Assembly: GCA_964408485.1 (NCBI GenBank)
Contig: CAYOZJ010000005.1
Span: 13,203-77,202 of the forward strand
Length of the DNA stretch: 64,000 nucleotides
Reading direction: 5' to 3'
Origin: an uncultured Gammaproteobacteria bacterium
GTDB lineage: Bacteria; Patescibacteriota; Microgenomatia; Levybacterales; UBA12049
Made by a program: the position numbers and the translations under genes. This document shows, piece after piece, positions 17,768 to 26,664 of this stretch (position 1 is the first letter of the stretch; every line of letters starts with the position of its first letter). The notes below the pieces were generated by a model, which was not told the DNA's origin, searched no databases, and saw nothing but the letters and a program-made list of their open reading frames with translations.

Positions 17768-18784
17768 CTATTTTTTAGATATGGATCTCTTATAGAGCTC
17801 AATATTCTCTAGTGCAACGCCTGTCCCACGCACAACACACAAAAGAGCATCTTCTGCTACGTGACACGGGACGCCGGTGAGATGTGTCATAAATTTATCC
17901 AGATTATGAAGCAAACTCGTACCTCCACTCATAACAATTCCTTTATCTATAATGTCAGATGCCAACTCAGGAGGTGTATCCTCAAGTACCAGCTTCACTC
18001 CATTCACTATGTCAGTGATAGGCTCGAGGATTGCCTCATTAACTTGAAGCTCAGTCATTTCTATGGTCCGGGGAAGTCCAGTTATGCTATCACGGCCACG
18101 AATTTCCATTTTCTTTGGGTCTTTTTTTTCTGCTTCTGTCGGATATGCATTCCCAATGGTTATTTTTATTTCCTCAGATGTACGCTCTCCTATAAGGAGA
18201 TTAAATTTCTTTCGCGTATAGGTTGCAATTGCCTCATCTATTTTATTTCCCCCAACCCTAACACTATTATGAACAACCACTCCACCTAAAGAAATAACTG
18301 CAGCCTCTGTACTACCTCCTCCAATATCTACAACCATATGTCCTGCAGCTTGTGCAATAGGAATTTTTGCACCAATTGCAGCAGCGAGTGGCTCTTCTAT
18401 TAGATATGCTGCCTTTGCACCGGCTGCCATTGTTGCATCCAAAACAGCCCGTCTTTCTACCTGCGTAACGCCAGATGGAATACAAATCATAACCTCGGGC
18501 TTAAAAAAGCGGGACTTGCCACAGGCTTTGTCGATAAAATAAGAAAGCATTGCCTCGGTTATGGTGTAATCGGCAATCACACCATCTCGCATGGGGCGTT
18601 GAGCAACAATATTTCCAGGTGTTCTGCCAAGCATCTCCTTTGCTTCTTTACCAACAGCAACAACACGATTATCCTCAGCAGTTACCGCAACAACCGTTGG
18701 CTCATTTAAGACAATTCCCTCTCCTGCTAAATAGACAAGTGTATTAGCAGTACCAAGATCTATTCCTACTCTTTTGCTAAACAT
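17768..18784 (-). CDS. mreB: Rod shape-determining protein MreB
   Basis: VGIDLGTANTLVY and a full actin-fold sequence. Confidence 0.95.
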   Translation of the reverse strand: MFSKRVGIDLGTANTLVYLAGEGIVLNEPTVVAVTAEDNRVVAVGKEAKEMLGRTPGNIVAQRPMRDGVIADYTITEAMLSYFIDKACGKSRFFKPEVMICIPSGVTQVERRAVLDATMAAGAKAAYLIEEPLAAAIGAKIPIAQAAGHMVVDIGGGSTEAAVISLGGVVVHNSVRVGGNKIDEAIATYTRKKFNLLIGERTSEEIKITIGNAYPTEAEKKDPKKMEIRGRDSITGLPRTIEMTELQVNEAILEPITDIVNGVKLVLEDTPPELASDIIDKGIVMSGGTSLLHNLDKFMTHLTGVPCHVAEDALLCVVRGTGVALENIELYKRSISKK

Positions 18785-18790
18785 ATATAA

Positions 18791-18906
18791 AAATTTCTAA
18801 TTACTAATTTCTAATTGACCTAATCAAATCTCAAATCCGAATTTTCCAATTGTGCCATTTGTGCTTTTTTAGAAATTAGATTAATTAGGTGAATTAGGTT
18901 AATTGA
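18791..18906. repeat. Intergenic AT-rich repeat element, D family copy 1
   Basis: ttctaattgacctaa...gtgcttttttagaaattagattaattaggtgaattaggttaatt; related copies at 46472-46590 and 33125-33207. Confidence 0.7.
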
Positions 18907-19023
18907 TAATATCAAAAGCTATTGTTTCTATATCACTTTTGTTTACTAGCTTTGATATTACTTGAGTATATACAGCTTACATTTTTCTTGCAAGCTATTC
19001 TTTTAGTAGGTATAATAAGCCAT

Positions 19024-20223
19024 ATGCGTCGGCAAATCCTTATATCTTTCTTCATACTTCTCTTCCTAGGAATTGGCACCCTCATTGCTGTTTTCTATGG
19101 CAGGGGCTATAGAATTGACTTATCTGGCAGTAAAGGAATACTGAAAGGTTCAGGGCTTCTTGTAGCAACAAGTACTCCAGACGGCGCGCAGGTTTTGGTG
19201 AATGAGCATTTAACAACCGCAACCAACAATACAATAAATCTTGCACCAGGAACGTATAAAGTCCGTATCTTTAAAGATGGTTATTTCCCTTGGGAAAAAA
19301 CAATTACTGTCCAAGAAGAAGTGGTAAGCAAAGCAGAAGCGCTCCTTTTCCCAACAACACCAAAATTAGAGAGTATTACGGCAACAGGCGCGTTAAATCC
19401 CGCAATTGATCCATCTATGACCAAAATTGCCTATGCTGTCGCCAGTCAGTCTGCTACAAAAAATGGTGTCTATGTATTAGATATGGCTAATAGATCGCTT
19501 CTCAACCTTCAAAATAATGCAACCCAAATTTCTGATGGGACTGTTGTTGATTTTACGCAGGCAAATTTATCTTGGTCACCTGACGGAAAGCAAATTCTTG
19601 CAAGCATAACTCCAACAGGAACAACGAGGCCTACTATATATCTTTTGGATACATCTAAAATGAATACGACACCTCAAGATGTCACAGAAACTATTGCTAC
19701 TGTTAATACTAACTGGGAAAAGATCGCAACAGAAAAAGAAACAGCACAACTCAATACGCTCAAACCTACACTTAAGCTATTTGCAATGCAAAACATGGCA
19801 AATCTCCAGTGGTCGCCAGATGAAACAAAGTTTTTCTATACTGCATCAGAATCTGGCTTACTACAACAAATAATAACACCAAAGATTATTGGCGCTGACT
19901 CTGTCCAGGAAGACAGGAATCTGGTAAAAGGAAATGCCTACCTGTATGACACGAAGGAAGACAAAAACTTCCTTATTGTTAAGGCAGAAGATGTAGTTGG
20001 TCAAAAAATTATGTGGTTTCCTGATAGTAAGCATCTTATTGTTGTCCACAACAAGCGAGTTGATATTCGTGAATATGACGGAGCAAACAATACAACAATC
20101 TATGCAGGACCATTTATTGATAGTGACGGCTTCCCATGGCCAACAGGAGATAATATTGTAGTGTTAACCAATCTAGGCAATTCTGATATTCAACCAAATC
20201 TCTACACCATATCGCTTAAGTAA
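19024..20223 (+). CDS. Membrane-anchored PEGA-domain protein with TolB-like WD40 beta-propeller repeats
   Basis: N-terminal TM helix, a PEGA-like segment (STPDGAQVLVNEHL...GTYKVRIFKDGYFPWEK) and SWSPDGKQIL / QWSPDETKFFY propeller repeats. ATG at 19024 is preferred over TTG at 18922. Confidence 0.6.
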   Translation: MRRQILISFFILLFLGIGTLIAVFYGRGYRIDLSGSKGILKGSGLLVATSTPDGAQVLVNEHLTTATNNTINLAPGTYKVRIFKDGYFPWEKTITVQEEVVSKAEALLFPTTPKLESITATGALNPAIDPSMTKIAYAVASQSATKNGVYVLDMANRSLLNLQNNATQISDGTVVDFTQANLSWSPDGKQILASITPTGTTRPTIYLLDTSKMNTTPQDVTETIATVNTNWEKIATEKETAQLNTLKPTLKLFAMQNMANLQWSPDETKFFYTASESGLLQQIITPKIIGADSVQEDRNLVKGNAYLYDTKEDKNFLIVKAEDVVGQKIMWFPDSKHLIVVHNKRVDIREYDGANNTTIYAGPFIDSDGFPWPTGDNIVVLTNLGNSDIQPNLYTISLK

Positions 20224-20237
20224 CTTAGTGAATCTTG

Positions 20238-20309
20238 CGTCCCCGGGCAGAATTGAACTGCCATTGGGCCCTTAGGACGGGTCTGTTCTATCCGTTAAAC
20301 TACAGGGAC
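20238..20309 (-). tRNA. tRNA-Arg (anticodon CCU)
   Basis: Manual fold: acceptor GTCCCTG/CGGGGAC, D arm GTTT/GAAC, anticodon loop GTCCTAA (U33, A37), T arm GGCAG-TTCAATT-CTGCC, 72 nt. One A-C mismatch in the anticodon stem. Confidence 0.7.
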
Positions 20310-20323
20310 ACGTGTGCGCTGAG

Positions 20324-20395
20324 TCGGGGTGCTGGGAATTGAACCCAGTGTCTCTTAGTCCCGAACCAAGCGTGATACCGATTCACTACACCCCG
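20324..20395 (-). tRNA. tRNA-Pro (anticodon CGG)
   Basis: Manual fold: acceptor CGGGGTG/CACCCCG, D arm GTGA/TCAC, anticodon stem CTTGG/CTAAG, loop TTCGGGA (U33, G37), T arm CTGGG-TTCAATT-CCCAG, 72 nt. Confidence 0.8.
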
Positions 20396-20461
20396 AGTCT
20401 TTGTATTTTACTTCTATTGTGACTAAAATGAAATGAGTTACTTAAGTCACTTAAGATACTT

Positions 20462-21019
20462 ATGAGTTTTCCTAAATACAAATATCTTCTTACCTATCGG
20501 TATAGCGAGATCATTGTTGACTTAAATGTACAGTTTTGTGAGAAATTCCTGGCTGGATTTGATTATAGACGTACTCGAGAACAAATGATTCAAGCCGGAA
20601 GATCGGGCAAGCAAAATATTATTGAAGGCGTGAGCGATGCTCGCACATCAACACATGTCGAATTGAAACTACTGGGAGTTGCTAATGGGTCTTTGGAAGA
20701 ATTACTGGCAGATTATGAGGACTTTTTGAGACAAAGAAAACTAGAAATATGGGCGAAGGATGACCAAAGAATTCTTGTTTTTCGAAGAAAAGCATTTGAT
20801 CTAAGTAACCTAAGAAACTTAAGTACCTTAGGTGAGCTTATAGAAAAGCCAATTTTGCCAGAAAATCCAGAGCAAGCTACCAATTTTCTTCTGACTCTTC
20901 TTCACCAAGCAACCTATCTTCTATCAAGACAAATCAAAGCTGCTGAGGAAAAATTTATTAAAAACGGTGGCTATACTGAAAACCTTTTGAAGAAAAGACT
21001 GAATGCAAGAAAAAAGTAA
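20462..21019 (+). CDS. Four-helix-bundle-like protein (PF05635-like motif)
   Basis: NIIEGVSDARTSTHVELKLLGVANGSLEEL resembles the IaEG...A.GSlaEL core of the four-helix-bundle family. Confidence 0.45.
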   Translation: MSFPKYKYLLTYRYSEIIVDLNVQFCEKFLAGFDYRRTREQMIQAGRSGKQNIIEGVSDARTSTHVELKLLGVANGSLEELLADYEDFLRQRKLEIWAKDDQRILVFRRKAFDLSNLRNLSTLGELIEKPILPENPEQATNFLLTLLHQATYLLSRQIKAAEEKFIKNGGYTENLLKKRLNARKK

Positions 21020-21041
21020 ATTCCCAGCACTCCGACACAGA

Positions 21042-22229
21042 TTATGCAGTTTGTTGTTTCTCGCGAAGCATCCTAATTGCCATATCCAAAACCATTCCTG
21101 CTGCATGATAATTAAGAAGTCTTGCTTTATGCAGGGTAAATATTTCTTCTGGCGTTGCCATATAAATTTTTCCATCTTGCGTTAATTTCTCAATAACATC
21201 ATCTGGTAGAGGTGGAAATTCTATTGCCAAATTTTTCGAATTAAGTCGATTTGCATCTGCATAAGGCAATGGCTCAGGTCTTACCTCATCTGCTGTTGCT
21301 TCCGGAGTAATAAGAAGACTTGGTTCGATAAGTAAATCGGTAAATTGCTTTCCTTCTGGTACAGTTGCTGCCAAGACATTACTCAGTGGATCATCTGTTA
21401 TCCCTCCTGCTGCAATTGTATTAAGCTTACTGACTGATGTTTGAACTGGTGTTCTGACAAGGGCATGCATATCAGAGTGTGCTCCTGGCTCTTGCTCTAA
21501 GGCAATAGCAATACGTCCTTGACTATCACGGAGGAGTGCAACAAAACCACTTACGGCAATCTCTTTAATACCATTAGGAGTCCAAATACTAACAAGTTCG
21601 GGCTTCTGATCAATAATTGGCTGCCACCATTCCAATACAACCTTGTCTTGACCATTTTCATCTTTTGCATGGCTTCCATCTACATTAAGTTGATATTTCG
21701 TAACGAGTAACCCTTTTACATCAAATGCACTGCCCTTCTCGCCACTAGATTGAATCTCGCCAACTATCTTTTCTCCGTTTTGATTATAAGAAACATATAA
21801 CGCGTGAGGAATATTTCTACCTCCCTTTCCACTATCTTCAACATACCTAATAAGTCCAGGGTCTATTTGATTGTCTACTTGTATTTTTGCATCTTCTGGT
21901 AATGTATCCGTGCTAATGGGACTTACTGAAAATGCTCGCTCCCATCCCCTTTGGGGTACATCGGTTTCCTGAATAACCATTTCAGGAAGTGCTTTCATAC
22001 GCTCCCCAAGCCATCCATTAAGCTCTGGTGTTCCTTCTTTTTGCAAAACATCGCGCATATATGGCTGGACAAATTCTTCACTAAATCTTTTAAGCGCCTC
22101 GGTTTTCCTTTGCATCTCAACGGATATAACTGGTTCTGACTTCATTGACATAACCGGTGCGGGCATAATATCGCCTCTTTGTTGTAATGGCTTTATTCCA
22201 AATTGTTGAGGTCCTTTTCCTTCTACCAT
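21042..22229 (-). CDS. Hypothetical protein (395 aa)
   Basis: Long intact ORF; no family recognised. Confidence 0.5.
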   Translation of the reverse strand: MVEGKGPQQFGIKPLQQRGDIMPAPVMSMKSEPVISVEMQRKTEALKRFSEEFVQPYMRDVLQKEGTPELNGWLGERMKALPEMVIQETDVPQRGWERAFSVSPISTDTLPEDAKIQVDNQIDPGLIRYVEDSGKGGRNIPHALYVSYNQNGEKIVGEIQSSGEKGSAFDVKGLLVTKYQLNVDGSHAKDENGQDKVVLEWWQPIIDQKPELVSIWTPNGIKEIAVSGFVALLRDSQGRIAIALEQEPGAHSDMHALVRTPVQTSVSKLNTIAAGGITDDPLSNVLAATVPEGKQFTDLLIEPSLLITPEATADEVRPEPLPYADANRLNSKNLAIEFPPLPDDVIEKLTQDGKIYMATPEEIFTLHKARLLNYHAAGMVLDMAIRMLREKQQTA

Positions 22230-22276
22230 AGATTAATTATATCATTTTCAGCTTGAAAATTGAGTAAAAACCTGCG

Positions 22277-23119
22277 ATGATAGAACAACCTCACCCCAAC
22301 CCTCTCCTAAAAGGAGAGGGAGATCAAAGTGAAGAATTTATTTATATGGAGCCAAAGCTTACTAAAGACGAGAAAAAAGCGCTTCGCCAAGAGGAATGGA
22401 GAGAAAAAGCAGATAAGGAAAGAAAAAACAGGGTTTACAAAATAATTGCAATTTGGTCTTTGGGTGGCATGCTTCTTATTCTGGCTCTTTGGGCATTAGT
22501 TGCTTTTTCTACTGGAACAACAACATCCTCGTCGGGACCAACACTCACCGCGCCCAAAGTAACTTCGAGTGATTTTCAATCCAATCCTAACCCTTCGACA
22601 AGCTCAGGGAAGATTGTCACCCTTATTGAATATGCAGATTTTCAATGTCCAGCGTGTAAATCATACTATCCAATTGTTAAGCAAATTCAGACAATGTATG
22701 GGACGAGATTAAATTTTGTGTATAGATTTTTCCCACTTAAAAGTGTCCATCAAAATGCTGTTAATAGCGCAAAAGCAGCATATGCAGCAGGCTTGCAAAA
22801 GGATGCATCGAATGGTGCGTCCCAAGGAAAATTCTGGGAAATGCATGATAGATTATTTGAAACGCAGGATAGTTGGGCAACCGTTACTAATCCTGAGTCA
22901 ATCTTTCTTGGCTATGCAAAAGATTTAGGACTTAATAATGATGAATTTAAGAAAGATTATGAGGCACAAGCAACAGCTGATTTTATTGACCAATCGTATA
23001 GCAATGATACTGCAATGGGATTAAATAGCACACCAACATTTTTTGTTAATAACAAGCAAATTGATAATCCACAAAGCTTAGATGACTTTAAAAAGTTGAT
23101 TGATGAAGCAATAAAATAG
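22277..23119 (+). CDS. DsbA-family thiol:disulfide oxidoreductase (membrane-anchored thioredoxin fold)
   Basis: N-terminal TM helix and a CPAC active site (EYADFQCPACKSY). ATG at 22343 is an alternative start. The palindrome ccctctcctaaaaggagaggg (22300-22320) lies in the 5' region and a 22-bp direct repeat is at 22591 and 23121. Confidence 0.75.
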   Translation: MIEQPHPNPLLKGEGDQSEEFIYMEPKLTKDEKKALRQEEWREKADKERKNRVYKIIAIWSLGGMLLILALWALVAFSTGTTTSSSGPTLTAPKVTSSDFQSNPNPSTSSGKIVTLIEYADFQCPACKSYYPIVKQIQTMYGTRLNFVYRFFPLKSVHQNAVNSAKAAYAAGLQKDASNGASQGKFWEMHDRLFETQDSWATVTNPESIFLGYAKDLGLNNDEFKKDYEAQATADFIDQSYSNDTAMGLNSTPTFFVNNKQIDNPQSLDDFKKLIDEAIK

Positions 23120-23120
23120 A

Positions 23121-23175
23121 CCCTTCGACAAGCTCAGGGATAATTTTTTCCTGAGCGAACGAAGTGAGTCGAAGG
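23121..23175. repeat. Palindromic repeat element (A family) immediately after the dsbA-like stop; possible terminator
   Basis: cccttcgacaagctcaggga...tcctgagcgaacgaagtgagtcgaagg followed by atttttat. Confidence 0.6.
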
Positions 23176-23183
23176 ATTTTTAT

Positions 23184-23711
23184 ATGGATGACTATTCGTT
23201 GAAAAAGTTTTTTACCTCTCCTTTTCCGATAAAAGTACTCCCCTACTTATTACTTATCTTTGCTGCTTTAGGGTTTTTGGATGCAGGATATCTTACTATT
23301 CAACACTACCAACATGCTATTCCTCCATGCACTGTTGGAGGCTGTGAGACAGTCTTAACAAGCAGTTTTGCCACAGTTGCAGGTATTCCCCTCGCACTTT
23401 TGGGAGTTGGGTTTTATCTAGCCATATTGGTTCTAACAGGAATTTTTATAAGCTTTCGTCATTCTGGGGACGAACAACGTGAGGACTCCAGAATCTCAAA
23501 CAACCCAGATTCTGGACGCACTACGTTTGCCAGAATGACAGTTACTATTCTCTTTACTCTCTGTTCTCTCGGCCTCTTGGTTGGCCTGGGACTTATTGCT
23601 CTTCAAGCATTTATTCTCCATGCATGGTGTTATTATTGTCTATTTTCCGAGCTGATTGATTTTCTACTGTTTGACACAGCATGGTGGCTGTGGAATAATA
23701 ATCGCGCATGA
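23184..23711 (+). CDS. Vitamin K epoxide reductase (VKOR) family protein
   Basis: GYLTIQHY...CTVGGCETVLTSSFATVAGIPLALLG and a C-terminal CYYC. Carries an in-frame palindrome ccagaatctcaaacaacccagattctgg at 23488-23515. Confidence 0.8.
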   Translation: MDDYSLKKFFTSPFPIKVLPYLLLIFAALGFLDAGYLTIQHYQHAIPPCTVGGCETVLTSSFATVAGIPLALLGVGFYLAILVLTGIFISFRHSGDEQREDSRISNNPDSGRTTFARMTVTILFTLCSLGLLVGLGLIALQAFILHAWCYYCLFSELIDFLLFDTAWWLWNNNRA

Positions 23712-23929
23712 CAGGTGAAGCCACCCCAAGAGAACCAGGAGCTATTGACGCACAACAAAGAGCAACTCGCCATTTAAGACGTTTAGAAATAGGGAATAAG
23801 CACAATGCAGGAATAGGTATAGAGGGAATGAAGCAGAGAGTCGAGCGTACAAGAAAACAAGGAGAAATAGTTAGAATTTACCAAGACTTACACAGTTCTC
23901 CTGAGGATCCAAATCCACCTGCAGCCTAA
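23708..23929 (+). CDS. Hypothetical protein (73 aa)
   Basis: ORF only; starts 4 nt before the VKOR stop (overlap 23708-23711). Confidence 0.2.
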   Translation: MTGEATPREPGAIDAQQRATRHLRRLEIGNKHNAGIGIEGMKQRVERTRKQGEIVRIYQDLHSSPEDPNPPAA

Positions 23930-23931
23930 AA

Positions 23932-24396
23932 TTATTTTAATTCTTCTTCTGAGTACACCTGAGACATGTCCATTTTTGCCCAAGGGAAAATTTCATCATC
24001 CTTAAAAAGAAGTCCTTTTTCTTTTTGCGCATGCTCTGCAGATTCAGATGCATGAATTAAGTTATATTGCTGACTCATACCAAAGTCTCCCCGAATTGTC
24101 CCAGGCTGTGCATCTCGCGCTTTGGTAACACCAATCATTGTGCGTACTGTAGTAGCAGCATCTTTTCCTTCCCACACCATAGCAACAACTGGGTATGACT
24201 GCATATAGTCACGAAGAGACGGAAAAAATGGCTTATCTTTGTGATGCACATACCACTCTTCAAGAAGATCTGAGCTAAGGTTAACCATCTTTAAAGCGGT
24301 TAAGTGAAGACCTTTTCTTTCAAATCTGTGTATGACCTCGCCAATGAGTGCTCTTTGTACTCCGTCTGGCTTAACGAGTACTACTGTTTGTTCCAT
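23932..24396 (-). CDS. ndk: Nucleoside diphosphate kinase
   Basis: MEQTVVLVKPDGVQRALIGEVIHRFE...NLIHASES; start taken at the internal ATG (24396) of listed ORF 23932-24492. Confidence 0.9.
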   Translation of the reverse strand: MEQTVVLVKPDGVQRALIGEVIHRFERKGLHLTALKMVNLSSDLLEEWYVHHKDKPFFPSLRDYMQSYPVVAMVWEGKDAATTVRTMIGVTKARDAQPGTIRGDFGMSQQYNLIHASESAEHAQKEKGLLFKDDEIFPWAKMDMSQVYSEEELK

Positions 24397-24409
24397 ACAA
24401 TCTATTTTT

Positions 24410-24922
24410 TCATGTTTGGTCTTTATTTGCAAGCGGCTTAAACCCTCTTCCTCCTTTTTGCGCCTGCCTTCTGGCATTTTGTCGACGTACATCTTGTAAG
24501 TCTTCCTGCATACCTGCTTTTACTGCTGCGTCTACGTGGTTTTGATAAACAACAGGACTTTTCCAACTTTCCTCGGTGCCTTTCCTCTGTCGTATAGAAG
24601 CAGAAGGAACACTGGGATATCTTTTTGTCACCTCAGGCAAATGAGCACGTAAACTACTCTCTGATACACCCAATGCACTTGCAATTTGACTATTTGTTTT
24701 AAAAGAATGCAATTGATCTGCAATAAGCGGGTAAGATCTCTCCCAATCTATGGCTATAGATGCCTGAGGAACGTCAGGGTGTATCATTCTCACTTCCGGC
24801 ACGTGACGCTTCACATTGCTTTTGGAAATTCCTAACTCATCTGCAATTTGTTGCCTTGTTTTATTAGAACGTAACCCCTGAGCTATGATTTGATATCTCT
24901 TATTTCGCTCTGAAAGTCTCAT
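24410..24922 (-). CDS. Small DNA-binding protein with two tandem HTH repeats (paralog 5 of the array)
   Basis: QIADELGISKSNVKRHVPEV and QIASALGVSESSLRAHLPEV repeats. Confidence 0.5.
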   Translation of the reverse strand: MRLSERNKRYQIIAQGLRSNKTRQQIADELGISKSNVKRHVPEVRMIHPDVPQASIAIDWERSYPLIADQLHSFKTNSQIASALGVSESSLRAHLPEVTKRYPSVPSASIRQRKGTEESWKSPVVYQNHVDAAVKAGMQEDLQDVRRQNARRQAQKGGRGFKPLANKDQT

Positions 24923-24930
24923 TTAATGAT

Positions 24931-25326
24931 TTATCTTTGCCTCTCTTGCCTTTGTTGTCTATTTTCCACTTCTCGTCTTGTTGCGGCGGCTCTTTTTGTT
25001 TGCAACCCTTTCTGTGCTGCTGCAACACGTTGCTCATAGGTTTGAGACTGCCTTATTTTATCTCCAAACTTCTTTTGCTCCTCTTCGCTCATATTTTTCC
25101 ACCATTCCCTGGTTTGCTTACCAACATGAGCTCTCTGTTCCTCTGTCCATATGCCCTTTGGTGCATTTGGAAGTCGTTTTTCGCGAATAAGTCTCCTATA
25201 CCGATCCTCTGTTGCGCTGCTTGAACGATTGATTTCCCTAGCGATTTTCGCTACTGGCCACCCCATCCCTTTTAGACGAATCACCTCACTATCTAGAAAT
25301 GCTTCTTCTTCATCTGTTCGTTGCAT
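24931..25326 (-). CDS. Small HTH protein with a basic C-terminal tail (paralog 4)
   Basis: WPVAKIAREINRSSSATEDRYRRL HTH, a W-containing motif (REWWKNMSEEEQKK) and a KR-rich tail. ATG at 25326 avoids overlap with the upstream gene. Confidence 0.5.
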   Translation of the reverse strand: MQRTDEEEAFLDSEVIRLKGMGWPVAKIAREINRSSSATEDRYRRLIREKRLPNAPKGIWTEEQRAHVGKQTREWWKNMSEEEQKKFGDKIRQSQTYEQRVAAAQKGLQTKRAAATRREVENRQQRQERQR

Positions 25327-25327
25327 A

Positions 25328-25831
25328 TTATTTCCTTCTTGGCCTCCCTTTTGCTTCATGTCCTTTTTTAGCCGCTGCAGCTCTATTTTCCCGAGTTCGA
25401 CGAGTCTGAGCAGCTCTTATCGCATCCTTTGCTGCTCCTCTTTCCTTATCGGTCATAACATCCCATCTTTTTGCTGCCAGATCTGAAGCTTGATCTCTGT
25501 GCTCTTGTGTTCGTGGGTATGATTTACCTTCAGGGGCAGAAAGAGTACCTTGCTCTCTCAGTTTTCTAACTCTATATTTCACATTATGAATAGGCATTCC
25601 TCCAAGATCGTCGCCAATTTCCTTAAGCGTCCTTCCTGCCACAACTCCCTCCCGGATAATCCTTTCTTCTTCAGGACTAATATCTAGAGGCTTCATTAAG
25701 CCTTGTGTACGACTTTGGTATTGTTGAGGAGATAAATTTCTCCAAGAATCATTGGCTCTTTTTCTATTTCGATTTGAAACAGCAGTTGGCTCTTGAGCAC
25801 TACTCAAACTTTCATTTTTTTTATTTGCCAT
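25328..25831 (-). CDS. Small HTH protein with a basic C-terminal tail (paralog 3)
   Basis: RTLKEIGDDLGGMPIHNVKYRVRKL HTH; KRWDVMTDKERGAAKD motif. Confidence 0.5.
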   Translation of the reverse strand: MANKKNESLSSAQEPTAVSNRNRKRANDSWRNLSPQQYQSRTQGLMKPLDISPEEERIIREGVVAGRTLKEIGDDLGGMPIHNVKYRVRKLREQGTLSAPEGKSYPRTQEHRDQASDLAAKRWDVMTDKERGAAKDAIRAAQTRRTRENRAAAAKKGHEAKGRPRRK

Positions 25832-25874
25832 AAGAGACTTAGAAAGATTCTATCAGTTTTTTATCAAAAATATA

Positions 25875-26237
25875 TTACATTTCAGGAGGTTTTCTTTTTC
25901 CTTTCCTCGATATTCTCCCACCTATTCCACCACTCCGTCTTCTATTTGTATGGTATGCTTCATCACCTTTTGCAGCTCGCCTTTTCATCCCGCCAACTGC
26001 TGCATCTCGAAATTCAGAAGACTCTGGTGCCCAAAATCTACTCATGGCATTACTTACTCGCTCGCTTTTATTAGGAAGTAAATCAGGTTCTGTATTTCGA
26101 ATTGAGGCAATACGCCGTATAACTGTGGAGACACTTACATGTAATTCTGAGGCAATTTCTGGATCTGTCTTACCCTCAACGAGAATAAGTCGCTTAATCT
26201 TTTCATCAATATCAGCATCAAGTTTTTTGCCACCCAT
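25875..26237 (-). CDS. Small HTH protein with a basic C-terminal tail (paralog 2)
   Basis: DPEIASELHVSVSTVIRRI HTH; SRFWAPESSEF motif. Confidence 0.5.
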   Translation of the reverse strand: MGGKKLDADIDEKIKRLILVEGKTDPEIASELHVSVSTVIRRIASIRNTEPDLLPNKSERVSNAMSRFWAPESSEFRDAAVGGMKRRAAKGDEAYHTNRRRSGGIGGRISRKGKRKPPEM

Positions 26238-26251
26238 ACTGAACCTGTAAT

Positions 26252-26662
26252 TTAGTTAGTAACCTGACCTTGTCTTCGTTTTTGTTGTTTTACTTCTCTT
26301 GCTTTTGCAATATTGGCTCTTAGTTTTGCAGCTTCATCCTCTCTTTCCATTCTCCTCTTCCCTCCAGCTATTCTGTTATCACGCACAGACTCTAATTTTG
26401 ATGCTTCCTGAAGTCCTCTTTGCCAATTCTCCCGCACATCGGGATCTGACCAAGCTCTACTAAGAGAACGCGATCGACGCTTTTCCCACGGAAGTATACC
26501 TTCTACACCACCTTGCTTCATACGCTCTATTCTATACGCAACAGTGTCTGGGTGACGCCTAACTTCTCTACCAATATCTTCAGTACTAAAACCCTGATCA
26601 AGAAGTTCAAGAATTCTCTGATTTATTGGATCATTCGGATCCTCGGCTCTTACTTGAGGCAT
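26252..26662 (-). CDS. Small HTH protein with a basic C-terminal tail (paralog 1)
   Basis: FSTEDIGREVRRHPDTVAYRIERM HTH; SRAWSDPDVRENW motif; starts 2 nt after the M16 peptidase stop. Confidence 0.5.
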   Translation of the reverse strand: MPQVRAEDPNDPINQRILELLDQGFSTEDIGREVRRHPDTVAYRIERMKQGGVEGILPWEKRRSRSLSRAWSDPDVRENWQRGLQEASKLESVRDNRIAGGKRRMEREDEAAKLRANIAKAREVKQQKRRQGQVTN

Positions 26663-26664
26663 AG

